Part shown: positions 1-11,482 of the stretch, one piece after another
How positions within the stretch are numbered: position 1 is the stretch's first letter
Layout: each line of letters begins with the position of its first letter
Source: an uncultured delta proteobacterium
GTDB taxonomy: Bacteria > Desulfobacterota > Binatia > UBA9968
Reading direction: 5' to 3'
Length of the DNA: 64,000 nucleotides
NCBI GenBank assembly: GCA_963847445.1
Contig: CAWJZV010000023.1
Span: forward strand, 32,001-96,000
Position numbers and translations under genes: made by a program
The notes under the pieces: generated by a model
What the model was told of the DNA's origin: nothing
Databases searched by the model: none
Seen by the model: only the letters and a program-made list of their open reading frames with translations

Positions 1-1297
1 CGGGAACGCACCGAGGCGTTGCCGCAGGAGAAAAGTTGGATCAAGGAGCGAGCGCGGCAGGCGACATTTCATATGGCGGTGCCGCTGCTGGCGACCTTGG
101 GCACCGGGCCGTTGATCGCGCATTATTTCGGCAATCTCTCGCTCGCCGGTTTCGTCACCAATCCGTTGATCGTCCCGCTGGTCGGTTTCGTCATCGTTCC
201 CCTCGGTTTGACCGTCGGTCTTGTGACTCTGATCGCCAGCGAGTTTGCCTGGCCGCTGGCCTGGCTCGGCGACTGGCTCGCCGGTTGGACGATTGTTATC
301 GTTGAGTTCTTCGGCCGTTTGCCGCTGGCGAGTATTCGCGTCGCCGCGCCGAACCTGCTTGAGGTCGGCGCGCTTTACGCCGGCGTGATCGCTCTATTCG
401 TTCTGCGCAAGCGCAGGCAGTTATTGTTTGCGGCTGGAATTTTCCTGCTTCTACTGATCGGCGATGTTTACTATTGGCGCGTCCAGCGGTTTGACAGCAA
501 TCAGCTGCGCATTACCCACCTGAACGTCGGTCAGGGCGATGCCGCCGTGGTAGAATTTCCCGGGCGGCAAGGTTCTGGTCATCGATGCCGGCGGTGCCGC
601 CGTGGGCGATTTCGATACCGGCGAAAGCATCGTCGCGCCCTATCTCCGATCGCGGAAGATTCTCAAAGTCGATTATCTGCTGGTCAGCCATGCGCGCATC
701 GATCACTACGGCGGCATGCGCGCGCTGGTTCAAGAGTTTTCTCCCAGCGAGTTCTGGTCCGGCGCCGCCAAGGGCGGCACCCGGCGTTTCGAGGAGCTCG
801 ATGAAACCTTGGACCGGCTTAAAATTGCCCGCAAAGAATTGACCGGCGCAACGCCGTGCCGCGACTTCGATGCGCTGCGACTTTGCGTCCTTTTCGGCGC
901 GGATGGCGGTGACGCCGAGAGCCCGGTGGTGGTGCGGCTGGAATATGGCAAGGCGTCGTTTCTATTCACCAGCGATGTCGATAAACGGGACGAACTCCAG
1001 CTCATTCAGAGTTCAAGCGCAATGAGCAGCACCGTCGTCAAGATTCCGCGCCACGGCAGCGCGACGGCGAGTTCACAGGAATTCATCGCCGCGGTCAAAC
1101 CGAAGTTGGCGATACTATCGGCGGGCGCTAGAAGCCGCGCCGCAGCAAAGCGTGACGAAATCGTCGAGCGTTATCTTGCTGCCGGTGCCGCGGTGCTGAA
1201 AACCTATGAGGACGGCGCGATCATCTTGGAGACGGATGGGGAAACGATTCGCTATAACGGTTTCAAGAGCGGCAAGGCGGGGAAGTTGGTATTGTAG
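1..1297 (+). CDS. comEC: ComEC/Rec2 DNA internalization competence protein (5' truncated by window; frameshift near 565)
   Basis: Membrane ComEC segment (PLIAHYFGNLS, NPLIVPLVG) followed by an MBL domain (LNVGQGDA, SHARIDHYGG, KIPRHGS); split over ORFs 19..804 and 602..1297. Confidence 0.9.
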
Positions 1298-1316
1298 TCC
1301 TTGTAAGCGCCACATA

Positions 1317-1386
1317 TTCACCACGAAGGCACGAAGGACACGAAGTTCGGAATTACTTTTAGCCGAACCCTTCGTGTCCTTCGTGA
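1317..1386. repeat. Intergenic imperfect inverted repeat, CACGAAG/CTTCGTG family
   Basis: ttcaccacgaaggcacgaaggacacgaag...cttcgtgtccttcgtga; related copies at 16168, 45007, 56601 and 57459-57747. Confidence 0.85.
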
Positions 1387-1409
1387 TCAAAAAAACTTTC
1401 CCATTTAGG

Positions 1410-1428
1410 TGCGGCTTTGCCGCGCTAG
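1410..1428 (-). repeat. Short dispersed repeat, CTAGCGCnnnnnAGCCGCA family
   Basis: Reverse complement ctagcgcggcaaagccgca resembles ctagcgcgacgcagccgca at 33001 and ctagcgcagcacagccgca at 57421. Confidence 0.7.
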
Positions 1429-1449
1429 GCCGTCGCGGTGCCAGAATCT

Positions 1450-2388
1450 CTAGAGAGCTTTAAGTTCGCCGATGTAGTCCTTGAAGCCGTTGACGATGTC
1501 GTACTCGGGAGTCCAGCCGAGAATTTGTTTGGCTTTGTCGATCACCATCGGTTGTTTGGCCGAGCGCGGTTTGACGCCGGGGATGATTTCCACTTGTAAA
1601 TTCGGCAGCAGTTTTTCGGCGGTGGCGACCAGATCGTCGAAGGGAATGACCACGCCGGTGCCGATGTTGAGCGTCACCGGTTCTTTCAGCGGTGTGGTTG
1701 CCGCCTTGTCCAAGGCGCGGCCGAGATCTTTGTAATAGACATATTCGAAATCGCGGGCGACTTCCTGGGCGATCTTGACCACGCCGCCTTTGATGCCGGT
1801 CTGCAACATGTTCTGAACCATCTCACCGCCGCCGGAGCCGCCGGCGAAGTGGCCGACGCCGTAAACGTTGGCCAGCCGCAGGACGATCAACTCAAAGCCG
1901 AACATACGCTGGTAGGCCTCGACCATAAGTTCCTTGGCGACTTTGGAGTTGCCGTAGGCTTCGCCCGGACCGCGGCGAAATCCTTCGTCGATGGGATTGG
2001 GCTCGCCCTGGCGCCGGTCGTAGACGCCGAAGGTGCTGATCTGCACCAGGCGCTTGACGCCGGTGAGGCGTACGGCTTCGGCGACGTTGATCGTGCCCAT
2101 GACGTTGATCTGCATGCCGGCGTAGATCGGGTTGCCGACCTTGCCGCCGATCAGTCCCGCCGTATGGATGACGGTGTCGCATTTATGTTTCTGAATGGTT
2201 TCGATGAGCGACGGTAGATCGCGGACATCGCGCTGGACCACGGTGACGTTGGCGGCGCCGAGCTTGTGCGCCAAAAAATCTTTGCGCGGCGCCACGTCGT
2301 AAAATACCACGCTATCGCCGCGTTTGATCGCATGCTGCGCGTAGGAAGTGCCGACCAGTCCTAAGCCGGTGATCAGTGTTGAGGCCAT
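1450..2388 (-). CDS. NAD-dependent epimerase/dehydratase (extended SDR)
   Basis: ITGLGLVG Rossmann motif, YGNSK (YxxxK), LRLANVYG; AAGGAG RBS before MASTL. Confidence 0.9.
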   Translation of the reverse strand: MASTLITGLGLVGTSYAQHAIKRGDSVVFYDVAPRKDFLAHKLGAANVTVVQRDVRDLPSLIETIQKHKCDTVIHTAGLIGGKVGNPIYAGMQINVMGTINVAEAVRLTGVKRLVQISTFGVYDRRQGEPNPIDEGFRRGPGEAYGNSKVAKELMVEAYQRMFGFELIVLRLANVYGVGHFAGGSGGGEMVQNMLQTGIKGGVVKIAQEVARDFEYVYYKDLGRALDKAATTPLKEPVTLNIGTGVVIPFDDLVATAEKLLPNLQVEIIPGVKPRSAKQPMVIDKAKQILGWTPEYDIVNGFKDYIGELKAL

Positions 2389-2558
2389 ATGAACTCCTTT
2401 ATTGGTTGGTTTAGTTTTCACTTAATGCAATGGCTGTTAAATGTCTAGCGGATTTCGCGTTTGCTTCAGTCAGTTGGTTCTCGTCGATTGCAAAACGCGA
2501 TTGCGCCGGTATATATCCCAGGAAGGTAAATGGTCGCGACCCACGGAGGAATAACAGT

Positions 2559-3656
2559 ATGCAAGGAGTAGTCGATGCCGATACCCATATCGCCGAGCCC
2601 GAGGCGATGTGGCAGTTGATTGACGAGCAGATGGCGCCGCGCCGGCCGGTGTTGGTGGAGCTGCCGGAGGATACCTGGTTTGGCGACCGCAACGCCCTGT
2701 GGTTGATCGACGGCCAAATCTTTCCCAAACCGGCGGGCAAGGGTAGTTATCGGCTGGTCACGCCGTCGGCGCAGAAGGCGGAAAAAGTGCGCGGCGATAT
2801 CGCCATTGCCAGCCGCGAAGTCGCTAACGTCGAGGCCCGCGTCAAAGACATGGACCGGCTCGGCGTCTCGGTGCAGGTGATCTATCCGACGCTATTTTTG
2901 GTCTATATCACCGACGATCCTGAATTGGATACGGCGTTAGCCAAAGCCTACAATTCCTGGCTCGGCGCGGCTTGCGGCAAGTCCAACGGCCGGTTGAAGT
3001 TCGTCGCGGTGCTGCCGTTGCGCTCGATCCCGGAATCGCTCAAAGAAATGCAGCGGGCCAAGGAGCTTGGCGCGGTGGGGATATTCTTTCGCGGCATCGA
3101 GGGCGACAAGACCATCGATCATCCCTATTTTCATCCGGTCTACGAGCAGGCGGCCAAACTTGGCATGCCTATCTGCATCCACACCGGCTCCGGCGCGCCT
3201 TGGATGCTGCCGTACTTCGAACATGCGCGTAACCACACCTTCGCCCATGGGCGGGCGCTGCCGATCTTCGCTTTCCGCGACTTACTGGCGAACCGCATTC
3301 CGGAAAAATTTCCCGGTCTAAGGTTCGGATTCATTGAAGCGTCGGCGGGCTGGGCGCCGTTCATGATGCACATTCTGCGGCGACTGTTTAAAGACCGGTT
3401 CGAGTACAAGAACAGCGCCGAGCTGTTGCGCGCCTCCAACATTTTCATTGCCGCCGAGGCCGATGAAGATATTCCCTATCTCGCCAAATGCATCGGCGAG
3501 GATAACATCGTGATCGGCTCGGACTATGGCCACAACGATCCTTCGGCGGAGGAAAAACTGGTCGAGAGCCTGCAAAAGCGCGAAGATATCCCGGAGCCGT
3601 TTGCGAAAAAAATTCTTTGCGACAATCCGCGCCGGCTGTACGGACTCGATAGTTAA
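2559..3656 (+). CDS. Amidohydrolase_2 family protein (metal-dependent hydrolase/decarboxylase)
   Basis: DADTH, DMDRLGVSVQVIYPT, PICIH, GSDYGH, DNPRRLY; GGAGG RBS. Confidence 0.9.
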   Translation: MQGVVDADTHIAEPEAMWQLIDEQMAPRRPVLVELPEDTWFGDRNALWLIDGQIFPKPAGKGSYRLVTPSAQKAEKVRGDIAIASREVANVEARVKDMDRLGVSVQVIYPTLFLVYITDDPELDTALAKAYNSWLGAACGKSNGRLKFVAVLPLRSIPESLKEMQRAKELGAVGIFFRGIEGDKTIDHPYFHPVYEQAAKLGMPICIHTGSGAPWMLPYFEHARNHTFAHGRALPIFAFRDLLANRIPEKFPGLRFGFIEASAGWAPFMMHILRRLFKDRFEYKNSAELLRASNIFIAAEADEDIPYLAKCIGEDNIVIGSDYGHNDPSAEEKLVESLQKREDIPEPFAKKILCDNPRRLYGLDS

Positions 3657-3679
3657 GGCGGTATGTTCCTGAGTGTTCT

Positions 3680-3704
3680 GTAGGGGCGACCGGCGGGTCG
3701 CCCT
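3680..3704 (+). repeat. REP-like GTAG-anchored hairpin
   Basis: gtaggggcgaccggcgggtcgccct; related reverse-orientation copy ending in ctac at 45111-45136. Confidence 0.7.
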
Positions 3705-3723
3705 CTTTGGATGTGGTCGGCTA

Positions 3724-4431
3724 ATGTCTGACATCGAAATTTTTGTCGCGACCGTAGCACGGCATTTCGAAAGCCGGCTTGGGGCGTCGCTCGTCGACGC
3801 CTACAAGCTCGGCAGTCTCGCCCACGGCGGCTTCAGCAATGTCTACAGTGACATCGACGTTGGCCTGCTGCTGAACTGCCCGGAAGCTCCTGCGCGGATG
3901 GTAGAGTTGATTGCCGAAGCGAAATCACTGGACGCTGACTACGGCAATAAGCTTTCCGTCTTCTGGGGCAATCCCGAGTTTACGTGGGGACGCTTACCAA
4001 ATCTCGATCGGCTCGATTTGCTCGACCATGGCGTGCCGCTGCTCAACGGCCACAAGCCACAGTTTCGCCGGCCGACAAAACAAGCGATTCGCGACGAGTT
4101 GCTGCGCAGCATCGAAAAAAGCTGGAAACCGCGATTGCCTGAGCTAAGTGCTTTGACTGAGTTGGTGCCGGCGAACCGCAAACCGTACATCCGAGCAATT
4201 CTCTACGCCGCGCGGCTGATTTACAGCTGGGATAATTTCGCGATGGCATCCAACGACAGCGCGGTCGAGTATCTGCACGAGGTAAAACCGGAAGGTCTCG
4301 ATCTCAAACCCATCGACATGGCGCTGGAGTGCCGCAATGGAAGATGTGGCGCGGACGATGTGTTTGCTCTCCATACCGACCTCGTACGGCAGTGCGAATA
4401 CGCGGTTAGTTATATTTCGGTACGGCCTTAG
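3724..4431 (+). CDS. Pol-beta superfamily nucleotidyltransferase, ANT(3'')/ANT(9)/DUF4111-like
   Basis: GSLAHGGFSNVYSDIDV (GS...DxD) N-terminal motif; helical C-terminal domain with AILYAARLIYSW and SNDSAVEY. Confidence 0.7.
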   Translation: MSDIEIFVATVARHFESRLGASLVDAYKLGSLAHGGFSNVYSDIDVGLLLNCPEAPARMVELIAEAKSLDADYGNKLSVFWGNPEFTWGRLPNLDRLDLLDHGVPLLNGHKPQFRRPTKQAIRDELLRSIEKSWKPRLPELSALTELVPANRKPYIRAILYAARLIYSWDNFAMASNDSAVEYLHEVKPEGLDLKPIDMALECRNGRCGADDVFALHTDLVRQCEYAVSYISVRP

Positions 4432-4462
4432 AGACCCAAGCAGGTTGCTAAAAATCCTATCT

Positions 4463-4541
4463 GAGTCCTTCGACTGCGCTGGACGAACGGAGATGAGTTG
4501 AAATCATTGAATAAAACGATTCATGCTGAGCCTGTCGAAAC
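4463..4541. repeat. CTTCGAC...CTGAGCCTGTCGAA-type palindromic intergenic repeat
   Basis: ccttcgactgcgctggacgaacgg...gctgagcctgtcgaaac; relatives at 38237-38272 and 42474-42500. Confidence 0.65.
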
Positions 4542-4680
4542 GTGCTCCACCTTTTTTCAGCAGTCGAATGTATTGGCTTATATCTACAATCCGACTATTT
4601 CGGGTGCTATCATTCTATTGGCTCATTAAGCCTGGGTGTTGAGCGCGAGTCGACGTCAATAAATCGGAATAGGCGATGTT

Positions 4681-4869
4681 ATGAAGATCGCGGATTCTAT
4701 TCGTGGGCTGGTTTGGGTGCCGAAATTCACTGCAATGAGAATAGGTCTGTCAGCGATCTTGCTGATTACTTTGGTATCAGGGTGTGGTTCAGTAGTCGCC
4801 AACAGCGAGAGTTTCTATCAGAATAATCCGCGCCGGCCTATCAATTGGCGCGAGTATTTGACGGATTGA
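4681..4869 (+). CDS. Small putative lipoprotein (hypothetical)
   Basis: Hydrophobic stretch ending in a lipobox-like LVSGC; 62 aa, possible alternative start at 4735. Confidence 0.45.
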   Translation: MKIADSIRGLVWVPKFTAMRIGLSAILLITLVSGCGSVVANSESFYQNNPRRPINWREYLTD

Positions 4870-5042
4870 GGCGTGACGGTTGTTGGGCGGTAAGCCAACT
4901 AAAGACTTCGCAGATTCAAAATTCTAAAGCATGGTCGCAATAAAAGTCCTTAGTTATCCATTTTCCCCGTTTCGTTTGATAGTTTCCGGTGGCGTTGCGT
5001 TGAGATTGTCGCTCTTGAGAACGTCCTTAAAGTGCGGTTTAT

Positions 5043-5208
5043 GATCCATCGCCGGAACAAAGAGCTGATCGCGAGCCTGCAAAAGCGAGAGGAAATCCCA
5101 GAGCCGTTCGCGCGCAAGACTCTCTCCGACAATCCGCGCCGGCTGTACGGGCTGGATGCGCAACAAAATTCTCGCGCCAACACTGCCAGTGGCGCAAAAG
5201 TAAGCTAA
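5043..5208 (+). pseudogene. Orphan 3' fragment of an amidohydrolase gene (diverged copy of 3537-3656)
   Basis: Translates as DPSPEQ/ELIASLQKREEIPEPFARKTLSDNPRRLYGLD versus DPSAEEKLVESLQKREDIPEPFAKKILCDNPRRLYGLDS; no matching upstream coding sequence. Confidence 0.85.
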
Positions 5209-5242
5209 TCGCGCACTTCGCCTAGCGCGCATGGCGCCGCAA

Positions 5243-5586
5243 TCAACCCGTTGCTCTTAGCTTCGCGTGGCTGCAATATCTTTCTTCCTTCCAGCGCAAG
5301 AGCCCCTTGCGCACGTAGCCGGGATTTAACTGTAGGTAGTCGCAGATGTGTTCAAAGGAGAACTCCGAGCCGGAGTCGGTTTCGAAAAACCATTCTTCGG
5401 CGTGTTGAAATAGTTCTTTGCCCTTCCTATCCGGTTGCCAAGACGTATTTCTGATAATCCTCGATGGCGTTTTCCAGCATGGCGTAGAGCAGGCGCTCTT
5501 CGCCCTCGCGGAAGCTCTTGCGTGAGAGCTGCTCGATGATGCCGTCATCGGTGGGGTCGAGCAAGCTGGTAAACGATGCTTTCATT
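5243..5586 (-). CDS. Hypothetical protein, about 113 aa (one frameshift near 5430)
   Basis: Joined ORFs 5427..5657 and 5243..5548 give MKASFTSLLDP...EERLLYAMLENAIEDYQKY...AEEWFFE...FSFEHICDYLQLNPGYVRKGLLRWKE; GAAGGGA RBS. Confidence 0.75.
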
Positions 5587-5653
5587 GGCTTTATCCCTTC
5601 GGTTAAAGATCGATTTCGCTGCGCTTCACTTGCCGGTCTGGATAGGTTACAAC

Positions 5654-5668
5654 GCAATCACCAAGCCA
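5654..5668 (-). promoter_or_regulatory. Putative sigma54 (-24/-12) promoter
   Basis: Minus strand TGGCTTGGTGATTGC = TGGC-N7-TTGC, about 70 bp upstream of the 5586 start. Confidence 0.6.
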
Positions 5669-5929
5669 GTGGCGCTTTTGGGGAAAGAGCCGTAGTCGAA
5701 GTAAGCGTCGGGGAAGAGTTAGGACAGGTAGAGTGGGTGGAGATGCCCGGTGGCAGCGGCTCGATAGCCGGAGTGGGCCATTGCAGACGAGCCGCAGTGG
5801 CGCAGTCGTTGCGCTGGCCGGGCGTAGCGGCAAGGCTGATCGAGCCGCGGCGGTGCGTGCTGACTTGGCCGACGATTTCAGCTCAGCAGGCGCTTGAGAA
5901 TCGTACGCTGAAATGAGATATAGCCGACC

Positions 5930-6148
5930 ATGGCCAACCTATATCACAACGACCGGTTGATCGTCGCCTACGCGTCGATGAATCAGAGCACCAAGGATTG
6001 GAGCGCCGGCGCTGAGATTACCTGGAAGCACGATGGCCAGCGCTTTAGCCACTCCGTCGGCGGTTTGACCGACCGTTTCAAGTCGAGCGATGACGCCGAG
6101 CGCTTTGTCATCAACCTGGCCAAGGCTTGGATCGATTCAAATCCGTAG
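5930..6148 (+). CDS. Small hypothetical protein (72 aa)
   Basis: Intact ATG ORF with a protein-like beta-beta-beta-helix pattern ending AKAWID. Confidence 0.7.
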   Translation: MANLYHNDRLIVAYASMNQSTKDWSAGAEITWKHDGQRFSHSVGGLTDRFKSSDDAERFVINLAKAWIDSNP

Positions 6149-6337
6149 AACCTTCCGGGGATCGTCGTCACTCCTGGTTTTCAGTTTCTTGTTGCTTAGT
6201 TGGGGGAAAGAAAATCTGGATGCCCGCGTTCGCGAACATGACGGGAATCAGAGTCGACGGTAAATCGACTTCTTTCCGTATGAAGGCTATTTTAGTTCCA
6301 ATATCCGCGTTTTCGGCTGACTGAATTCGTTGCCGGC

Positions 6338-6769
6338 TTATCTCGGATGCTTCGCCGTCCCGGCCCAGCCAGTCTCCGAGATGTCGATGATGACACCGTC
6401 GGGGGCGCTGTATTTGACCTCGGCGTTGACATGGGACGCCAGGTTGCGGCCAAGCCCTAGCGCTTGATTGATGTCGTCGCGGATCGGCGCGCCGGCGTCC
6501 GCGAGTTTCTTATCGACCGCTTCGATGCTGTCGACCTCGAAGCCGATATGGTGCAGGCCGCTGTATGCCTTTCCTTGCGGCACGCCGGCGGTCTGGTCGT
6601 TTTTGAACTTCAGCACCGCGAAGTTGATGTCACCGTCGGTAAGGTGAAAACCAGTGGCGCCCGGACTGTTGATCTTGGCGATTTCTTTGAGACCGAATAC
6701 TTCTTTGTAGAACTGCGCTGTCTTTTCCGGATCTTGGGTCGCGATCGCGATATGTTTGATCTTCGCCAT
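6338..6769 (-). CDS. VOC/glyoxalase family protein
   Basis: IKHIAI, FYKEVFGL, GLHHIGFEV, PDGVIIDISE; GGAGG RBS. Confidence 0.9.
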   Translation of the reverse strand: MAKIKHIAIATQDPEKTAQFYKEVFGLKEIAKINSPGATGFHLTDGDINFAVLKFKNDQTAGVPQGKAYSGLHHIGFEVDSIEAVDKKLADAGAPIRDDINQALGLGRNLASHVNAEVKYSAPDGVIIDISETGWAGTAKHPR

Positions 6770-6953
6770 GGAACCTCCATTGCCTATCGGCTGACTTGGC
6801 TTTTACAATAGCACGCCTGCCCATGCAATGTTGGGTTGCAGCGGGTTGGAAAAACCCTGGCAAAGCAGGCAATATAAGCCGAGATCTCAGTAGGGATCCC
6901 GGGAAAATTGTTGGCCTACTCTGGCAGCGCGAAGGCGCGGAAGGTATGACGCG

Positions 6954-9575
<2,622 letters not shown>

Positions 9576-9610
9576 GTGTCGTGTAAAACGGATGCTCGAT
9601 CCAGATCAAA

Positions 9611-9997
9611 CTAAGGGCGATAAAGCTCGATGAATTTGAGTTTCGCCATGCGTGCGAAATCGCCGTCTAACGACCAAATTGCCGCATGATTTTCCGCGCC
9701 AATCCCTGCAATCAATAAATCCCCGACGCCAAACCAGTCGCCTGCGTTCTTGATTGTCCCGAGCCAGGCTTCAATCCGACGCCAGGTTGTGTCCTTCGGA
9801 TAAAAGGTTGGGAGGGCGGAAAGAGTTCGACTCAAGCGCGGCTGCTCCGAGCGGCGAGCGCCGGACAGTAGCTCAATACGTATCGGAATAGCGATTGCGA
9901 CCGCATCACGATCTAGCAATTCGCTTAAGTGGCGGGCTTCGGGACTTTTTTGGTCGCGAAATGCGTTGACCCAGACCGACGTGTCGACGACGATCAT
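9611..9997 (-). CDS. vapC: VapC PIN-domain toxin
   Basis: MIVVDTSVW, ELLSG, DLLIA, WSLDGDF acidic PIN residues. Confidence 0.92.
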   Translation of the reverse strand: MIVVDTSVWVNAFRDQKSPEARHLSELLDRDAVAIAIPIRIELLSGARRSEQPRLSRTLSALPTFYPKDTTWRRIEAWLGTIKNAGDWFGVGDLLIAGIGAENHAAIWSLDGDFARMAKLKFIELYRP

Positions 9998-10206
9998 GCC
10001 GCGGATTTTCTTTTGGGACGTCTACGTGATTTTGGCAGGTCGATATCGAGCTGAACCGTGCCCATCAGGGTCTTGAGTTCGTCGATTCGACGGCGGCGAA
10101 TCAGGTCTCGGAGCGAAACGATGACCGTGTCGGTTTTCGACTTAAATCCCAGCAGTTTCTGTGCTTCTTCAATCAATTCTGAGGGTATATCGAGTGTTGT
10201 ACGCAT
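9994..10206 (-). CDS. vapB: VapB antitoxin (RHH, DUF2191-like)
   Basis: MRTTLDI..LIEEA..L.GFKSKTDTV; 4-bp overlap with vapC. Confidence 0.9.
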   Translation of the reverse strand: MRTTLDIPSELIEEAQKLLGFKSKTDTVIVSLRDLIRRRRIDELKTLMGTVQLDIDLPKSRRRPKRKSAA

Positions 10207-10213
10207 ACGAATA

Positions 10214-10242
10214 AGGCTAGTTTAGATGTATTAATATGTCAA
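10214..10242 (-). promoter_or_regulatory. Sigma70-type promoter of vapBC (near-leaderless)
   Basis: TTGACA-17 nt-TAGCCT with the ATG 7 nt downstream; AT-rich. Confidence 0.6.
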
Positions 10243-10400
10243 TAGATGACTATTAGACGTGCTTGGCTTCCGGGCCTGCAAGACTTTGCCGCGGTTTTTC
10301 TTCTAGAGAGAATTGCTGCTTACGTGCGCGCGAATAATATAGTTTCGCTCAAACTGGGTTTATGCCATGGTACGGGAAATCTCGATTAGACCAAGGAGAC

Positions 10401-11366
10401 ATGATGAGATTTCCACTCGCGGTGATCGTTTGGCTGGTCGTTTCGCTGGGTTTTGTTGTCAGGGCTCCGAGCCAGCCGCTACGCATAAGTTATTCCGGTG
10501 TCGCCGGGCAGAACCTGGCGATCTGGGTGACTTACGAAGCCGGGCTGTTTGGGAAGTATGGGCTTAATCCGGAAATGTTGATGATTGCCGGCGGTGTAAC
10601 CAATCTCCAGGCGCTGATGGCGAGGGAGATTGCGTTCGTTTATCAGGGCGGGGCGTCGCCGGTGCAGGCGATTTCGCAGAACGCTGATTTGACGATTCTG
10701 GCGACCGCTTATGGTTTGATGCCTTACGGCATTGTCACCGGCAAGGGGATTCAAACCGCCGCCGATCTCAAGGGCAAGCGCGTGGCGGTCTCACGAGTAG
10801 GCGGTATCGAGGAGACTGCGATTCGATTCGCGTTAGACAAGTTGGGGGTCGGCGCACGTAACGTCACCTTCGTGCAAACCGGCGCCGATCCGGTGCGCAT
10901 TGCCGCTGTCGAATCGGGCGTGGCCGCCGCCGCGGCCTTGGCGCCACCGGGACTATTCGGCGCGACGGCTCGCGGACTCAAGCTCCTTACCGATCTCGGT
11001 GCGCTTAATATTCGTTACCCGGCATCGGTGATCTCGGCGCGCAAAACCGCCCTGACGACGGAACGACCACTGGCAAAGCGGTTTCTCATGGCGCTGGTCG
11101 AGGGGCTCCATGTCTACCACCAAAGCAAGAGCCTGGCAGTTCGTGCGTTGCAAAAATACACCCATCAGAACAACGGCGAGATCTTGTCCAAGTCGTACGA
11201 TTATTTCGTCAAGAACACGCCGCTGGTGCCGTTGTCGGATGCGGCGACCTTCGAAAACGCAATGCCGACCGACAAACCGAGCGAACGCAAGCCGCAGAGT
11301 TTTTTTGACAACTCGATTTTAGAAGAGTTGGTGCAGGAAGGATTCGTCAAGAAGTTTGGACGTTGA
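10401..11366 (+). CDS. ABC transporter substrate-binding protein, NMT1/THI5/SsuA-like (no adjacent permease)
   Basis: Signal peptide, GLFGKYGL, DLKGKRVAVSR, FFDNSILEELVQEGF; AAGGAG RBS. Confidence 0.88.
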   Translation: MMRFPLAVIVWLVVSLGFVVRAPSQPLRISYSGVAGQNLAIWVTYEAGLFGKYGLNPEMLMIAGGVTNLQALMAREIAFVYQGGASPVQAISQNADLTILATAYGLMPYGIVTGKGIQTAADLKGKRVAVSRVGGIEETAIRFALDKLGVGARNVTFVQTGADPVRIAAVESGVAAAAALAPPGLFGATARGLKLLTDLGALNIRYPASVISARKTALTTERPLAKRFLMALVEGLHVYHQSKSLAVRALQKYTHQNNGEILSKSYDYFVKNTPLVPLSDAATFENAMPTDKPSERKPQSFFDNSILEELVQEGFVKKFGR

Positions 11367-11482
11367 GCGGCAGCCGAAGGTAGTCGAATGACTAGGCTCA
11401 AAACTTGCCATTGAAACTGTTTTTCCACTGGAGGCCGGGCTTCCCGTTTCTGGGCTAAGTTTTTCCCATGGCCGGCGGTTGG

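Noticed and set aside
4824-4837. Third occurrence of AATCCGCGCCGGC inside the small lipoprotein ORF
   Set aside because: A 13-nt GC-rich match with no flanking similarity; cannot be distinguished from chance
6770-6953. SAM riboswitch or attenuator upstream of thrC-metB
   Set aside because: No recognisable SAM-I core or Thr-rich leader peptide
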